Source: Perkinsela sp. CCAP 1560/9 (taxonomy: Eukaryota; Protista; Euglenozoa: Kinetoplastea). Taken from it: DNA of 64,000 nucleotides. The notes beneath the pieces were generated by a model. It made no database searches. It worked only from the letters and a program-made list of their open reading frames with translations, and was not told the origin of the DNA. This document shows, in pieces, positions 42,640-54,019 of the stretch. Location: the NCBI GenBank assembly GCA_965644495.1, contig CBFFSA010000001.1, positions 1,054,001-1,118,000 on the forward strand, given 5' to 3'. Numbering within the stretch: position 1 is the first letter of the stretch; the number at the start of each line of letters is the position of its first letter. Made by a program: the position numbers and the translations under genes.

Positions 42640-44955
42640 ATGCTTTCTAGCGACCCCGTTACAATACCAATTTCTCATGTCGCTCATACATTGTCGCCAT
42701 TCCTTCACCAAAGCACTAATGTTCTAGAGGATGCACTACGAAAGTGGGACACAGATGAGGATGGTGCTTTGACGCTTACACAATGTGAGAGTATCTTGAG
42801 AGGAGGGGAACTCTTTCCTTTTCCGCTTCTCTTTTCGTTGTTTCCGTTTTGGATGACAGGATACGCAGGGGCATCGACGATTGTGTCACCTTGGGGTCAG
42901 TCACATGCGTCTCATAAAACCTTATTCCCTACTTCATCTGTATCAGAAAGCACTTCTGAGAAGTATAGTAACCAGCGCGACTTGCACTCGATTCCATTCG
43001 AGCTTTCGATAGTGGAAGGACTCTTATGTGGGGCACTTGCTGGAGTAGTAGGAAAAACACTTGTTGCGCCCGCTGATCGTATCAAAATATTGTTTCAAGT
43101 GCAACCAGAGTTAAAATATTCTTTACGTGCCGCTGCTCGTGTCGCAATGCGAGTGGTTTCGGTTGAAGGATGGTCCGCCCTATGGAAAGGGAACTGTGCA
43201 ACGCTCGCTCTGGTAGCCCCGAAAGGTGCCATTACATACATGACGTATGATAGCTATTTTCAACTATTTCGAACGCAGTCTCTCGGTTTGGGCGACAATT
43301 TTGCAAGGTTTCTTGCTGGAGCGAGTGCAGCCGTTTCTTGTGTGTTGCTCGCTTACCCACTGGATATGATGCGCGCGAGAATGGCAGTTTATTCTCAGAC
43401 GTTATCGAATACCGGTGCAACGTCTAATTCAGTTGATCGTCTTTCCATTCCAAAGAAGGTTGTTACTTTTTTAAGCAAGGGAGCGCACTCATCTGAAGTA
43501 TGCTACGATTCGTACTGGACTGCTTTCAGGAGTACAGCACATACTCATGGTATCAAAGGTCTATATTGCGGATTGCTACCGACCCTGGCAGGCGTGGTGC
43601 CCTACGCCGGGATGAGTTTCCTGTTGTACGGCTCTCTTAAAGAACAAGTCTCGACACGGATGAGTTACCCCAGTGAAGACTTACTTTCTCCGTGGCAACT
43701 GTTGCTGCTGGGCGGATTTAGCAGTGGAGTGGCGCAAAGTGTAACGTATCCTCTCGACGTTCTGCGTAGACGCCGACAGGTATCTCCTCTTGAACCTCAA
43801 TACTCGACGATGGCCCAGGCCGCACGTCACATCTACTGGCGCGAAGGCGTTCGTGGGTTTTTCAAAGGTTTGAGTATGAATTGGATCAAAGGTCCGATCT
43901 CTACTGGCACGGGGCTCGTTGTCAATGACCTTGCCAGGAGGCGCATTCGAGATTACCACGTGCACGACATGGAAACTAGTTCTAGCCTCTATCAGGAAGG
44001 GTCGTCTGTAGGTCTCACCGTACTGGAATCGCTGCTGTGCGGTGCATTTGCCGGATTCTTTGCAAAACTGGCGCTTTCTCCGTTCGAACGCCTTAAAATT
44101 TTACACCAGATACATTCACAACATGCGCCAACTGCCACGCAGCTGTGTAGCAGTGCGCGTAACATTACACAAAATGATGGAGTCCTCGCTCTTTGGAGAG
44201 GTACCGCCGCCTCTCTCGTGCGTGTCATTCCGTACGCTGCCCTCGTTTACACGTTCTTTGATATTTACTCTCAGCGACTTCCTCGCATTATGTTTTGCCA
44301 CCCGAGCCACCCTGAGACGGCGCTGGTGGCTGGGGCACTTGCTGGAGTAACCGCAACGCTAATCACATATCCGATTGACGTGATACGTTCACGTACAGCG
44401 GCTCACATAGGTCATCATCCGCGGTACGCCAGTCTGTGGTCTGCGCTGCGCCGTACAGTGCGTGAAGAAGGGGGACGTTCGCTGTTCGTCGGACTACGTC
44501 CAACTTTGTTAGGTATTGCGCCGTATTCGGGGATCACCTTCTGGCTTTATCGGTCGGGAAAAAAAAAATTCGGTATCTCGGATGAAACGCCAACCTTTAA
44601 TTTGAGGCTTTTTGTGGGAACGTGCAGTGCTTTTCTTGCACAAGCTCTCACACATCCTATACATATTCTATCTCGACGCCAGCAAGTATCCTTTTATCCT
44701 GCATACTTGTCATCGCACGTACTATCTGACATGCGTCATACAATACGCTATAACTATCATATTGATGGTTTGTGGAGGGGCTTGTATAGGGGTGCCCCTC
44801 TTCTTTGGGCGGCTTCTTCTTTTAGCGTAGGTCTTTCTTTTTCATTGAATGATTTTATGCGACAACGATTTTCAAAATACAAGCATGGGGTTCATGTGGA
44901 ATATCAAACGGTTATGGAAAAGCTTCGATCCGGTGCATGTCATAGAGATTCATAA
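42640..44955 (+). CDS. Double-length mitochondrial carrier (six repeats) with an N-terminal EF-hand-like loop
   Basis: PADRIK, PLDMMR, PLDVLR, PFERLK, PIDVIR, PIHILS; DTDEDGALT loop. Confidence 0.9.
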   Translation: MLSSDPVTIPISHVAHTLSPFLHQSTNVLEDALRKWDTDEDGALTLTQCESILRGGELFPFPLLFSLFPFWMTGYAGASTIVSPWGQSHASHKTLFPTSSVSESTSEKYSNQRDLHSIPFELSIVEGLLCGALAGVVGKTLVAPADRIKILFQVQPELKYSLRAAARVAMRVVSVEGWSALWKGNCATLALVAPKGAITYMTYDSYFQLFRTQSLGLGDNFARFLAGASAAVSCVLLAYPLDMMRARMAVYSQTLSNTGATSNSVDRLSIPKKVVTFLSKGAHSSEVCYDSYWTAFRSTAHTHGIKGLYCGLLPTLAGVVPYAGMSFLLYGSLKEQVSTRMSYPSEDLLSPWQLLLLGGFSSGVAQSVTYPLDVLRRRRQVSPLEPQYSTMAQAARHIYWREGVRGFFKGLSMNWIKGPISTGTGLVVNDLARRRIRDYHVHDMETSSSLYQEGSSVGLTVLESLLCGAFAGFFAKLALSPFERLKILHQIHSQHAPTATQLCSSARNITQNDGVLALWRGTAASLVRVIPYAALVYTFFDIYSQRLPRIMFCHPSHPETALVAGALAGVTATLITYPIDVIRSRTAAHIGHHPRYASLWSALRRTVREEGGRSLFVGLRPTLLGIAPYSGITFWLYRSGKKKFGISDETPTFNLRLFVGTCSAFLAQALTHPIHILSRRQQVSFYPAYLSSHVLSDMRHTIRYNYHIDGLWRGLYRGAPLLWAASSFSVGLSFSLNDFMRQRFSKYKHGVHVEYQTVMEKLRSGACHRDS

Positions 44956-45015
44956 TTCACATTGATTTCTTCCTAGTGAACCACATTTGAATTTGAGAGG
45001 ACATTAAAACATTTA

Positions 45016-45358
45016 CCGTAGACCCCCCAGTAACAGAGATTTGACCCTTTTTCGGCTGATCCCCAATAACAGAGATTTGGCTCGGGAGAGTGGACGGCTG
45101 TGGAGGCTGAGCGGTCAGGGGTGGTTGGACGGGTGAGGATGGAAGATTTAGTAAGAGCATTCCATTCTGAAAAGCCGAAAAACAAATACCGTCCCCCCTC
45201 CCCTTAAGCGCACCCGGTCAGACCCCCCGTTTAAGCGCACTTTTCACGGAAAATGAGGTGCGCTTAAACGGGAGGGACAGTAACAGAAAAAAATAATCCC
45301 CCCAGTAACGTAGATTCGGGCCCGAAGCCGAATCTATTTCTCGAGGAGGGGGATACGG
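45016..45358. mobile_element. TA-flanked MITE (ccgta termini) containing a nested MITE
   Basis: TA-ccgtagacccccc ... gggggatacgg-TA; internal repeats cccca(g/a)taac.agatt. Confidence 0.65.
45189..45280. mobile_element. 92-bp TA-flanked MITE
   Basis: TA-ccgtccccc..ttaagcgcac ... gtgcgcttaaacgggagggacag-TA; homologous to 9482-9545. Confidence 0.75.
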
Positions 45359-45794
45359 TAATTTCCTCCTCCAGATGTTCTCTATGCAACCAGACATAAC
45401 GTTCTATGTAGCTATCGAGCTGTTTGCAGCTATCGAGGTACACGGTTATATACTCCAGTCAATGCCCAAACTGCGCAGGCGGTTCTATTCTAATGGTACG
45501 GGATGTCATTCAGTAGAATGATAGTGTAGTTCAAAAATTCTCCCTAGCAAGGTGTTCCTTTCTTTTCTTTTTTTTGAAGTAATTATTTCACATTTCTTTT
45601 CAAAATATCTCGTAGAAACGCTTGTGGGAAAAAAGAAATTGTGGAATGCGTTCACTCTCGCTTGTAGAATACGTTCACAAGAAAGGGAAAATGTTATGAT
45701 TCACGGAGATAGGAAAAATGTTGTAAAATTTTGCGATATGTGTATAATTATCGCATATAAATACATTTAATTTAATTTAATTTAAAAGTTTAAA

Positions 45795-46589
45795 ATGTTG
45801 ATACACGGTCTCGACGATCAAACTGATCTACGCCGCGGGCGCGTCGATGCATCTCTTCTTCCCCAAGAAGTTGCGCTATGGCAATTCACGGAAAATTTGA
45901 AAAGTCGCCATCCAACATGGCGATTGACAGAACGTAGCTTCTTGCGCACATTAAATGTCTCGCCCTGCACATGGAAAGGAACAATTTGTGATGAAAATCA
46001 AATAGTACGCATCCTGAGCTGGTGTTATCTACCTCACTATACCATGGAAGGTAATCTTTCGTGGGTTCATCTTCCCCGAACCGTACGAAGTGTAACTGCT
46101 GCTGATCAAAAGCTCAGAGGTGGTATTGATCTTGCATTTCTCCCCTCAGAGCTGCAAAGTTTGGATGTCCGAAAGAACCATCTCGATGGGCCCATTGTGT
46201 TAAGCTCGCTTCCTCCAGATATGGAAGAACTGAATTTGTCGGAGAATCAATTCGATGGGACTATTGATCTGAGCGCGTTGCCCATAAATATGAAGTTTCT
46301 CGATCTTTCGTCGAACTTGTTGATTGGTAAAATCGAATTGACGGAGGTACTCCCAAAAACGCTTCGTCGACTCAGTCTGCAAGACAATAGATTTTTTGGA
46401 ACAGTGGATCTCCGTTGGATGCACGAAAGGAACTCAGGGGATCTTAGCAAGTACGGCCAATATCCGCGTCGGGCGAAAATTAGAAGAGGTTCTCGTCAAG
46501 ATCCACGTATTCTAAAGGTTTATCTTGGAAATAATAATTTTACAGAGCATGTCCCTTCTGGGGATGTGCCTCGTGGAGTACTTTTTTAA
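45795..46589 (+). CDS. Leucine-rich repeat protein (family member 3)
   Basis: CTWKGTIC N-cap; LRR repeats. Confidence 0.88.
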   Translation: MLIHGLDDQTDLRRGRVDASLLPQEVALWQFTENLKSRHPTWRLTERSFLRTLNVSPCTWKGTICDENQIVRILSWCYLPHYTMEGNLSWVHLPRTVRSVTAADQKLRGGIDLAFLPSELQSLDVRKNHLDGPIVLSSLPPDMEELNLSENQFDGTIDLSALPINMKFLDLSSNLLIGKIELTEVLPKTLRRLSLQDNRFFGTVDLRWMHERNSGDLSKYGQYPRRAKIRRGSRQDPRILKVYLGNNNFTEHVPSGDVPRGVLF

Positions 46590-46822
46590 AATTTATAAAA
46601 TCGAATTTGATTGGTCTTTAGGTGATCCTTTTATTCATCAATCAAATTACACTTTCATACAAATCTCATTCTGACGCACACGTTCTTTTTGTTAACTAAA
46701 CGTAGCATAAATCCAACAGTAATAGAAGCTAATATTATCATAGACATCAACGTATTATGTAAATTCTAACCCGTAATCTACTATTATAACCGTAATCTTT
46801 TGACTTTCCTTATTGTTCTTAC

Positions 46823-47635
46823 ATGTTTGTAAGAAGTCTTGATGATGGCTCTGATCTACGCCGGGGACGTGTCGATGCATCTCTCCTTCCGCAAGAGGCT
46901 GCGCTATGGCAATTCACGGAAAACTTGAAGAGTCGCCACCCAACATGGCGATTGACAAAACGTAGCTTCTTCCGCACTCTGAACGTTTCACCCTGTACGT
47001 GGAAAGGAACGGCATGTGATGAGAATCAAATAGTGCGCTATCTGGAATAGAGTTATCTGCCTCACTATACTATGGAAGGTAATCTTTCGTGGGTTCATCT
47101 TCCCCAAACCGTACAACTTGTACGTGCGGCTGATCAAAAGCTCAGAGGTGGTATTGATCTTGCATATCTCCCCTCAGAATTGCAAAGTTTGGATATACAA
47201 AGCAACCAACACATCGGGCCCATTGTGTTAAGCTCGCTTCCCCCTGATATGAACTATCTGAGTTTGTCGGATAATCAATTCGATGGGACTGTTGATCTCA
47301 ACACATTACCCTTAAACATGAGTTTCCTCGATCTTTCATCGAATCTATTGACTGGTAATATTGAATTGACCGGTAACCTCCCAAAACCGCTGCGTCGACT
47401 CGACCTACAGTGCAATAATTTTTGTGGAACCGTGGATCTCAGTTGGATGCATGAAAGGAACGGAGAGAATCTTAGCGAGTACGGTCCATCGCCGCCCCCT
47501 GTAAAACGTATGGGTGGAAGACGGCGGGACCCACGTCTTCTAAAAGTTTACCTTGGCAAAAATAATTTTACGGGATACACCCCTCCTGGGATTTTTCTTC
47601 GTGGAGTTTATTGGGACGTTCAATCATTATTATAG
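46823..47635 (+). pseudogene. LRR tandem duplicate of 45795-46589 with an in-frame TAG (member 4)
   Basis: Two in-frame ORFs, colinear with the upstream paralog; TAG at 47048-47050 aligns with its Trp (TGG). Confidence 0.85.
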
Positions 47636-47875
47636 TGATTTGGTGCTTAAATTTTGAATTTTAAAAATACGAATCCATATTTTATTCTTTCAGGATATAC
47701 TTGAGCATTCAATTTGCGGGGGGTCTAAAATGAGTAGCGCAGGATTTTTTTGTCGCAAATGTAGTTTTCGCTGATATTTTTGCAGATAATTTAGAGGTGG
47801 TGTGTTATTTTTGACAAATCTTACTCCTTCAATAGAGAATTAATATGCTTTTCAGATTATTTTGCATTCTTCCTC

Positions 47876-48316
47876 ATGACTTCGTCCACCAACTATACGC
47901 TGCTAGATGTCAAGGCCTTGAATGGCAAAAATGAAAAGGTTGTTTTTGCAGTTCACAACAAGGTCTACGACGTAACTTCGTTTTTGGATGGTCATCCGGG
48001 AGGCCGAGACCCTCTGCTTGAAACTGCTGGAGAAGATGCCACTGCTGAGTTTGATTATGTTGGTCATAGTTCGGATGCCATGAAACACATGGAACAATAC
48101 TGCGTAGGAAACTTGATTAGCGGGGAAGGAAAAAGCGATTTAGATAGCACTAAAAAGGACGACCGAATCACGAAGGGGCCAATACACGAATCAGAAGAAC
48201 CAAGTGATAAAGGTAAAGAAAAGCAGATACGTCAAAAGGTATTTATTAGGAGAGCATGCATTTTATGCGCATTTTTCGCAGTAAGTGTAGCTATTTATCG
48301 ATGTTGCAAGCGCTGA
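47876..48316 (+). CDS. Cytochrome b5, tail-anchored
   Basis: KVYDVTSFLDGHPGG, DATAEF..VGHS; C-terminal TM helix. Confidence 0.95.
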   Translation: MTSSTNYTLLDVKALNGKNEKVVFAVHNKVYDVTSFLDGHPGGRDPLLETAGEDATAEFDYVGHSSDAMKHMEQYCVGNLISGEGKSDLDSTKKDDRITKGPIHESEEPSDKGKEKQIRQKVFIRRACILCAFFAVSVAIYRCCKR

Positions 48317-48760
48317 TTTTAGGTGAAATCATATTTGTGAATTTATTTAGAACCACACGTCGCGTGTGTATAACAGAATTCAAGGAACTATTATGGATAG
48401 ATTCCTTTTTACTATTTACTAAGTGAGGCACATTATACAAACGTATAGGATACCAATATGTAGTACTGAGCGCCTCCAAACTATTCAGAGTAGCCCATGG
48501 CTAAAATATTATATTTAACATACTACTTACCTAAAGAGAAACAAAGTTGTTTAGCCATATAAGTTATTCCTGCTATGAATTATTTCTGCGCTGTAGTGTT
48601 TTGCTAGGCGTTATAAAGTTATTTCTACATTTTTGGCAATCTAATAGATAACTCCTTGATCGACGTGTGAAAGCATTCTGTTCTTGTGGTACATGTATAA
48701 TGCAGTGCTGCTGAGTGGTGCATAAAAGGTTAATCGCGTCCGTTAAATGGGCTTAGAGAA

Positions 48761-50911
48761 ATGGGGACACCATGGCGAACAGCCCTACAAGTCTTGACAG
48801 ATAGTACTTCAAGCGTAAAATGTGAAAGACTGATTGGTCAGTCCATTATCAAGAGCGTTTCGCAGCTAGAAGCAAATGTATTCTCTCGTTCTCAGGGATT
48901 ACTTTTTATCACATCAATATCTTCTATTACATCATTAGTATCACAAACCTATTCTCTGAACACGTTGCTTTCGTGCATCAAAAGGCTTCATTGCCCCCAA
49001 TCAGACAAATGGAATGGGATGCGGACTGTGGCAAAGAATGTCTTAAAACGTTCGCCAAAGATAGGAAACGTGCATACATTGCTTATGTTGCTGCAATGTT
49101 GTCCAGGAAGTTGGCTTGGCACACTCAAACGTTTCGCACACTGCATAGCTATTCAAGATCCCTTTTTTTGGACAGCTTTGTTTAGTTTAACAGAAAAAAT
49201 ACAGGTATCCGTAAAATATACATGCACTACTGGGCACTCCTCACGTTCCTCACCTTTTTCTGTATCACAAGATGTGAATTTTATCAGGTCGATAAATGCG
49301 CAGTTGTACCGATATGTTTGGACTACGTTTTGTATTCATAGAACGCGGTTAAAGTCTACCTTAGTATTAATCACAGCCATAGCGAATGCTGCTCCTGTAT
49401 CGGGACGGTGGCATATCGTTGCTCCGCTTTTAAGTGAATACATGCAAAATGTATCGATCGGAACTCCTAGAACTGTTCGATGGAATGAAGCGCTCGCTTT
49501 TCTATCAACTCGTACAAAGGCCACAGTAAAAGACGTTCGATCATGGTCGCAGCTTGTTACCCTGCTCTTTCATCTTCCTGGATTTTTCACTGTTGCGCCA
49601 GCTCTAGCTCACGCATTGTCTAATGAAACAAATGAGATGCAAGTTAATCAGCTAGTTACTATGTTTCTTAGTAGTGGTTTGGTGAAGAAAGCCTCCAGGT
49701 ATATGCAGAGCACGCCATTTTCGTGTCGAGCAAAGGACATTGCTGAAATTCTGGGTAAGGTGTTCACTCCTGGTTTCATCTTGGACATGGACAGTGCCAC
49801 AATAGTCACGTTACGTTTTATGATAAAACTGGACACCGGAGAGAGCATTTTGCTGTCAAAATTGAATTTTCCACCGCCTGCACTTCAGGATTTTTATGTT
49901 AATGATCGAAGATGTTCACATGCAGATGACGTTTCAGTTTCCTCGGGAGACCTACTACAGTTTCATTGTCATATTGCCGTGAGCGTTATTTCTCAATCTA
50001 ATAAACATGTGCAAGAGTCTCAGTCTCCAAGCTTGTTCAACAAGCAGAATTCGGCATTTCTAAGTAAAGCTATTCTTTCACGACGCCAATCTGCCGTAGA
50101 TAGACGATCTATGGGTTTTTCAAAAGATTTTGAAATGACTCTCACCATTATTTACGAGGATTCTGAACTTATGGTCCTTGCGAAGCCCAACGCGCTCGAC
50201 GTTGTAAATTTTATTGGTCAATCAAAGCCGTCTGTGGTGAACATTATCGCATCCTTTCGGTCTGACATCCGGCTGTTACCTCGTTGGGGAGTAGTGCATC
50301 GCATCGATGGCGTCACGTCAGGATTGGTGATACTTGCGAAGCAACCTAAAAGTTTCTATTCTTTGAGCAATCAATTTTTAAGGTGTCAAGTCCGTCGTGC
50401 ATATTTATGCCTTTGCATACAAATGGAGGCGAGTTTTTCCAAAGCAAATCGTAATGTACATGTAATTTCGACTTGTCATGAAAACATTTCCAGTCAGTTT
50501 CCTACGACAGGAGTCATTCATTCAACGCATGGATTTGCAGGCGAGAGAAGCCAAAGAATACAAGTGTCTTCCACGGATGTTGAGGAATCCACAGCTTTTG
50601 CAAGATATCATGTTATAGAAACGTTTCCACGGGCGAGTTGCTTATTCCTTCGTTGTGAGTTAGACACTGGAAAGAAACACCAAATACGCGCTCAACTCGC
50701 AGGTCTTGGAATCCCGATACTTGGAGATATCATGTACGGTGGTTCAGGGGTGGCCACTCCCGTTGCCCCTATCGGACACATTTTCTTGCACGCCTCAGAG
50801 TTATGCTTTTCTCACTCTGATGATATCGAGGGTCCTCTCATCTTCGAACTGTCTCTTCCTCTATGGTTTCAGAGTTATTTGGACAATCTCAGAAAAGTAA
50901 ATTTGGTCTAA
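48761..50911 (+). CDS. RluA-family pseudouridine synthase with a long N-terminal extension
   Basis: LAKP, VHRIDGVTSG, LDTGKKHQIR, PILGDIMYG, LHA motifs. Confidence 0.85.
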   Translation: MGTPWRTALQVLTDSTSSVKCERLIGQSIIKSVSQLEANVFSRSQGLLFITSISSITSLVSQTYSLNTLLSCIKRLHCPQSDKWNGMRTVAKNVLKRSPKIGNVHTLLMLLQCCPGSWLGTLKRFAHCIAIQDPFFWTALFSLTEKIQVSVKYTCTTGHSSRSSPFSVSQDVNFIRSINAQLYRYVWTTFCIHRTRLKSTLVLITAIANAAPVSGRWHIVAPLLSEYMQNVSIGTPRTVRWNEALAFLSTRTKATVKDVRSWSQLVTLLFHLPGFFTVAPALAHALSNETNEMQVNQLVTMFLSSGLVKKASRYMQSTPFSCRAKDIAEILGKVFTPGFILDMDSATIVTLRFMIKLDTGESILLSKLNFPPPALQDFYVNDRRCSHADDVSVSSGDLLQFHCHIAVSVISQSNKHVQESQSPSLFNKQNSAFLSKAILSRRQSAVDRRSMGFSKDFEMTLTIIYEDSELMVLAKPNALDVVNFIGQSKPSVVNIIASFRSDIRLLPRWGVVHRIDGVTSGLVILAKQPKSFYSLSNQFLRCQVRRAYLCLCIQMEASFSKANRNVHVISTCHENISSQFPTTGVIHSTHGFAGERSQRIQVSSTDVEESTAFARYHVIETFPRASCLFLRCELDTGKKHQIRAQLAGLGIPILGDIMYGGSGVATPVAPIGHIFLHASELCFSHSDDIEGPLIFELSLPLWFQSYLDNLRKVNLV

Positions 50912-51379
50912 AGAGCATGAACCCCTAGACACCAATAAGGCACTCCCCCCTTAACTTTTCAGCAAAATTTCCGTTTGAGCTTTCACACCCCTACGCCGCC
51001 TAGATATCTGCCACTACTTTTCGTGAAAGTAGTTCATAATTATTGAGAATTAATTTATTATAGACTTATTTTCGCCACTGTAGGACAGCGATATTCTTAT
51101 GGAATGGTGGTTCGTCAGAAACACTGAGGACGCGATGTAATGACTTTGTCTAAAGTGCCCGAATGAAAATCACTTCAATTGAAGACATGGCATCACTGGT
51201 TTTTACTAATGTACTTGAGCTATGTGCTTTAGCTCGATTTCATAAATTCGATTATAAATTGAGCCTTTATTGACATTGATAGGTTATTTAAACATCCTTG
51301 TGCTAAAGAGTTTTCTACTGAATTTTATTCCTACATTGCATTCATTCCATCACTTTCGTGCTTATACAAACGTGAGTTT

Positions 51380-52669
51380 ATGCACCTACTCTCGTGCATT
51401 CTCACAAAAGGGGACGCATTCATGACACCAAAGCACGCATTTCGGAACATCTCTCGGGCTGTGCTCCTCTTGGAGGCAATTTTCCTCGTATTTATTCTGA
51501 GCTTTGCTTCTTACACAGAGATTGACTGGAGAACGTACATGGAGCAGGTTATAGCCTTTGTAAAAGGGTCACATCCTTTTCAGTACGATTCACTGAAGGG
51601 AAGCACTGGTCCCGCAGTGTATCCCGCGGGGCATATTTACATTTTTACAGCTATGTATTACATCACTAATGAAGGTAGAAATATTCGCTGTGCTCAAACC
51701 ATATTCGCAGTGTTGTACTGGATTACATGCCGCATTGTTCTCGCGCTCTACGCGGAACTCTTTTCCACCCGAGGGTATTTATATGCAACAGGCCTTTTGC
51801 AACACAGGAATTCAATAAAAAGAAAAGCGAATTATCTTTCAGTAATACTTCCCTTCACGGTTATCCTTCTTTCTTGCTCGCGTCGCTTGCACAGCATTTA
51901 TCTTTTGCGCATGTTCAATGATCCTTTTTCCGTCATTTTTATTTACATCGCAATTTTATTGTGGACGAAGAGACAATGGGTACTGGGGTCCTTGTTTTAT
52001 AGCCTAGCCCTGTCTATTAAAATGAGTGCATTGCTTTACGCTCCCGCTGTTTTATTAACACTCTTGTCGAATCAACACTTTTATGGTGTTACTCTAAATC
52101 TTTTTCTAATGGGAATTGTCCAACTCTTACTAGCTGCTCCTTTTCTTTTGACATCACCTAGAATTTACTTTATTCAAGCATTTGACTTTTCTCGCACTTT
52201 CCAGCAAAAGTGGAGCATCAATGGCCAATTTTGGTCTGAGTCTTTGTTTTATTCACAAAGGAAGGATTTCTTCTTGATAATTTGTACGCTAGTTGCTTGG
52301 GCAGGTTTAACCTACCGATGGAGTAGAATTTTGAGGAGGAAGTCAAAGCAGACGAAAGTCGTACGTGCAAAGTCTGAACTAATTCGAATGTTCTTTGAAT
52401 TTCATCTTGTTGGAGTAATTTTTGCAAGGAGTCTTCATTACCAATTTTACAGTTGGTTTTTTCATCAACTTCTCTATTTATCACTACACAGTCCACCTAA
52501 AATGATAATTTTGTCCTTATCATCTGTAGTTTTGATAGAGGCATCACTAAATGTATACCCTTCAACATGTCAGACCTCGCTACAGCTCCTCATTAGTTTG
52601 GTCATAATATTTTTGGGGTCACTCTGTAGTCCTATTTTGCCATTCGTGCGTGACAATTCTAGAGAGTAA
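51380..52669 (+). CDS. ALG3: Dol-P-Man alpha-1,3-mannosyltransferase
   Basis: YTEIDWRTYM, GSTGPAVYPAGH, RLHSIYLLRMFND, SIKM, ARSLHYQFYSW. Confidence 0.95.
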   Translation: MHLLSCILTKGDAFMTPKHAFRNISRAVLLLEAIFLVFILSFASYTEIDWRTYMEQVIAFVKGSHPFQYDSLKGSTGPAVYPAGHIYIFTAMYYITNEGRNIRCAQTIFAVLYWITCRIVLALYAELFSTRGYLYATGLLQHRNSIKRKANYLSVILPFTVILLSCSRRLHSIYLLRMFNDPFSVIFIYIAILLWTKRQWVLGSLFYSLALSIKMSALLYAPAVLLTLLSNQHFYGVTLNLFLMGIVQLLLAAPFLLTSPRIYFIQAFDFSRTFQQKWSINGQFWSESLFYSQRKDFFLIICTLVAWAGLTYRWSRILRRKSKQTKVVRAKSELIRMFFEFHLVGVIFARSLHYQFYSWFFHQLLYLSLHSPPKMIILSLSSVVLIEASLNVYPSTCQTSLQLLISLVIIFLGSLCSPILPFVRDNSRE

Positions 52670-52803
52670 CGTATACACCACTGGGACATGAGATTCACTT
52701 TGGACCTAAATACGTAACGTACTCAGTACCGCATCATAGAGTATTACGTACAGTAGAATAGTAGTATTTACGGTCAGTATACATTCGCATTTATTATTTT
52801 ATC

Positions 52804-54019
52804 GGTCGGATTGAACGAATAATGTACAAAATTTCAGTTTTCAGAATTTTTAAAAAGACGATATTTTCCCTTCGATCATTATCTAACAAAAAAAATGCTT
52901 CTTACTGCAGAACATAATGCGCACAATACACGCGAAGATCCTCCAAAACTCGCTTCAAAACACTTGCTCCATTCACCCGCAGAGATCCGTTACATTTTTC
53001 TGCCAGGGCGCGCACACGCTCATGCCCGTTTTCATTGCTTCTACCAAGTTGGCCGCCACAACGCGTCAAAGTTCTCTTCAACATGCTGTTTGCTCCTTCT
53101 ACGGTGTTAGTGTGCACACCGGAATCACTGATCCACTCATTTCTGTGGGTAACCGAATCCCATTGATACTTTCCTTCAAGAAAATTGTTGTGCCTGGCCC
53201 CGTCGGTATGGATCCGCGTACGCGAGGAGGCACACATAGCCTCGATGGGGGGAATTAAGTGTTCTGCGCTTTTTTGAGGCACAGGCGTGACATGTATCTC
53301 TGTCAGCTTGCTGTCACGAGTACATTCGGCCAGAGTCTGAACTATCTGGCTACCACCAGCGCGTACCCGCTGGTTTCGTTTGTTTCCCCCTCGCCTGATC
53401 TTTGAGAACCACGTCTCATCGACTTGCATAAAGGATACTGTTCCCTCGGCGTTCCGCTGACGGATTTTATGAACCTCAGACAATGATTTTTCGATAATTT
53501 GGCGTTGCAAAACTACAGTTCTTTGAGAGACTTCTTCTTCCTTTGCAACTTCTGTTCCCAGCATGCTATAAGAAAAGGAAACGATCCCAATTAGAATCTG
53601 CTTTGCGGACACCTTTGTCTTTGAGTGCTTGAGAGGACCGTCCTGTGACATCAAATTGCGACAGGAGCGTACTGGGCAGTGGAACTTGCCTCCCTTCAGA
53701 TTACACAATACCCGCTCATGCCCACGCTCGCAGGAAACGCTTTGTACAGTGAGTTTGTGGTTTCGCATCCACAACATACACGTTTCCTCTGTGGCAGAGC
53801 CGACTGAAGTCAAGCGAATTTGAGCAGCGCAATCAAAACGAGGGCAACCTGTGCAGTTCATTGAAACCTTAGAGAAGCAATACTAGCCGTAATTTTAAGA
53901 TAAAAATTGACTAATAATCCAAAAAAATTCATACATATCACCCTAGGAAACACAAAAAAGGATTTCATAAAAATTTAAAATTATTTAAAAAAAGTGTACA
54001 TTATTCGTTCAATCCCACC
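52804..54019 (-). mobile_element. Merlin (IS1595/IS1016-related) DNA transposon, apparently complete
   Basis: 25-bp TIR ggt(c/g)ggattgaacgaataatgtaca with one mismatch; perfect 8-bp TSD attttatc at 52796-52803 and 54020-54027. Confidence 0.93.
52902..53861 (-). CDS. Merlin transposase
   Basis: N-terminal Cys/His finger; QVDET, IHTDG, VTH and GVHTNTVEG (DDE). Confidence 0.92.
   Translation of the reverse strand: MNCTGCPRFDCAAQIRLTSVGSATEETCMLWMRNHKLTVQSVSCERGHERVLCNLKGGKFHCPVRSCRNLMSQDGPLKHSKTKVSAKQILIGIVSFSYSMLGTEVAKEEEVSQRTVVLQRQIIEKSLSEVHKIRQRNAEGTVSFMQVDETWFSKIRRGGNKRNQRVRAGGSQIVQTLAECTRDSKLTEIHVTPVPQKSAEHLIPPIEAMCASSRTRIHTDGARHNNFLEGKYQWDSVTHRNEWISDSGVHTNTVEGANSMLKRTLTRCGGQLGRSNENGHERVRALAEKCNGSLRVNGASVLKRVLEDLRVYCAHYVLQ

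Noticed and set aside
5012-47050. TAG reassignment suggested by two in-frame TAGs (5012, 47048)
   Set aside because: They align with different residues (Tyr and Trp), and TAG ends several conserved genes (PEX1, DnaJ, XRN). Ordinary nonsense mutations are more likely.
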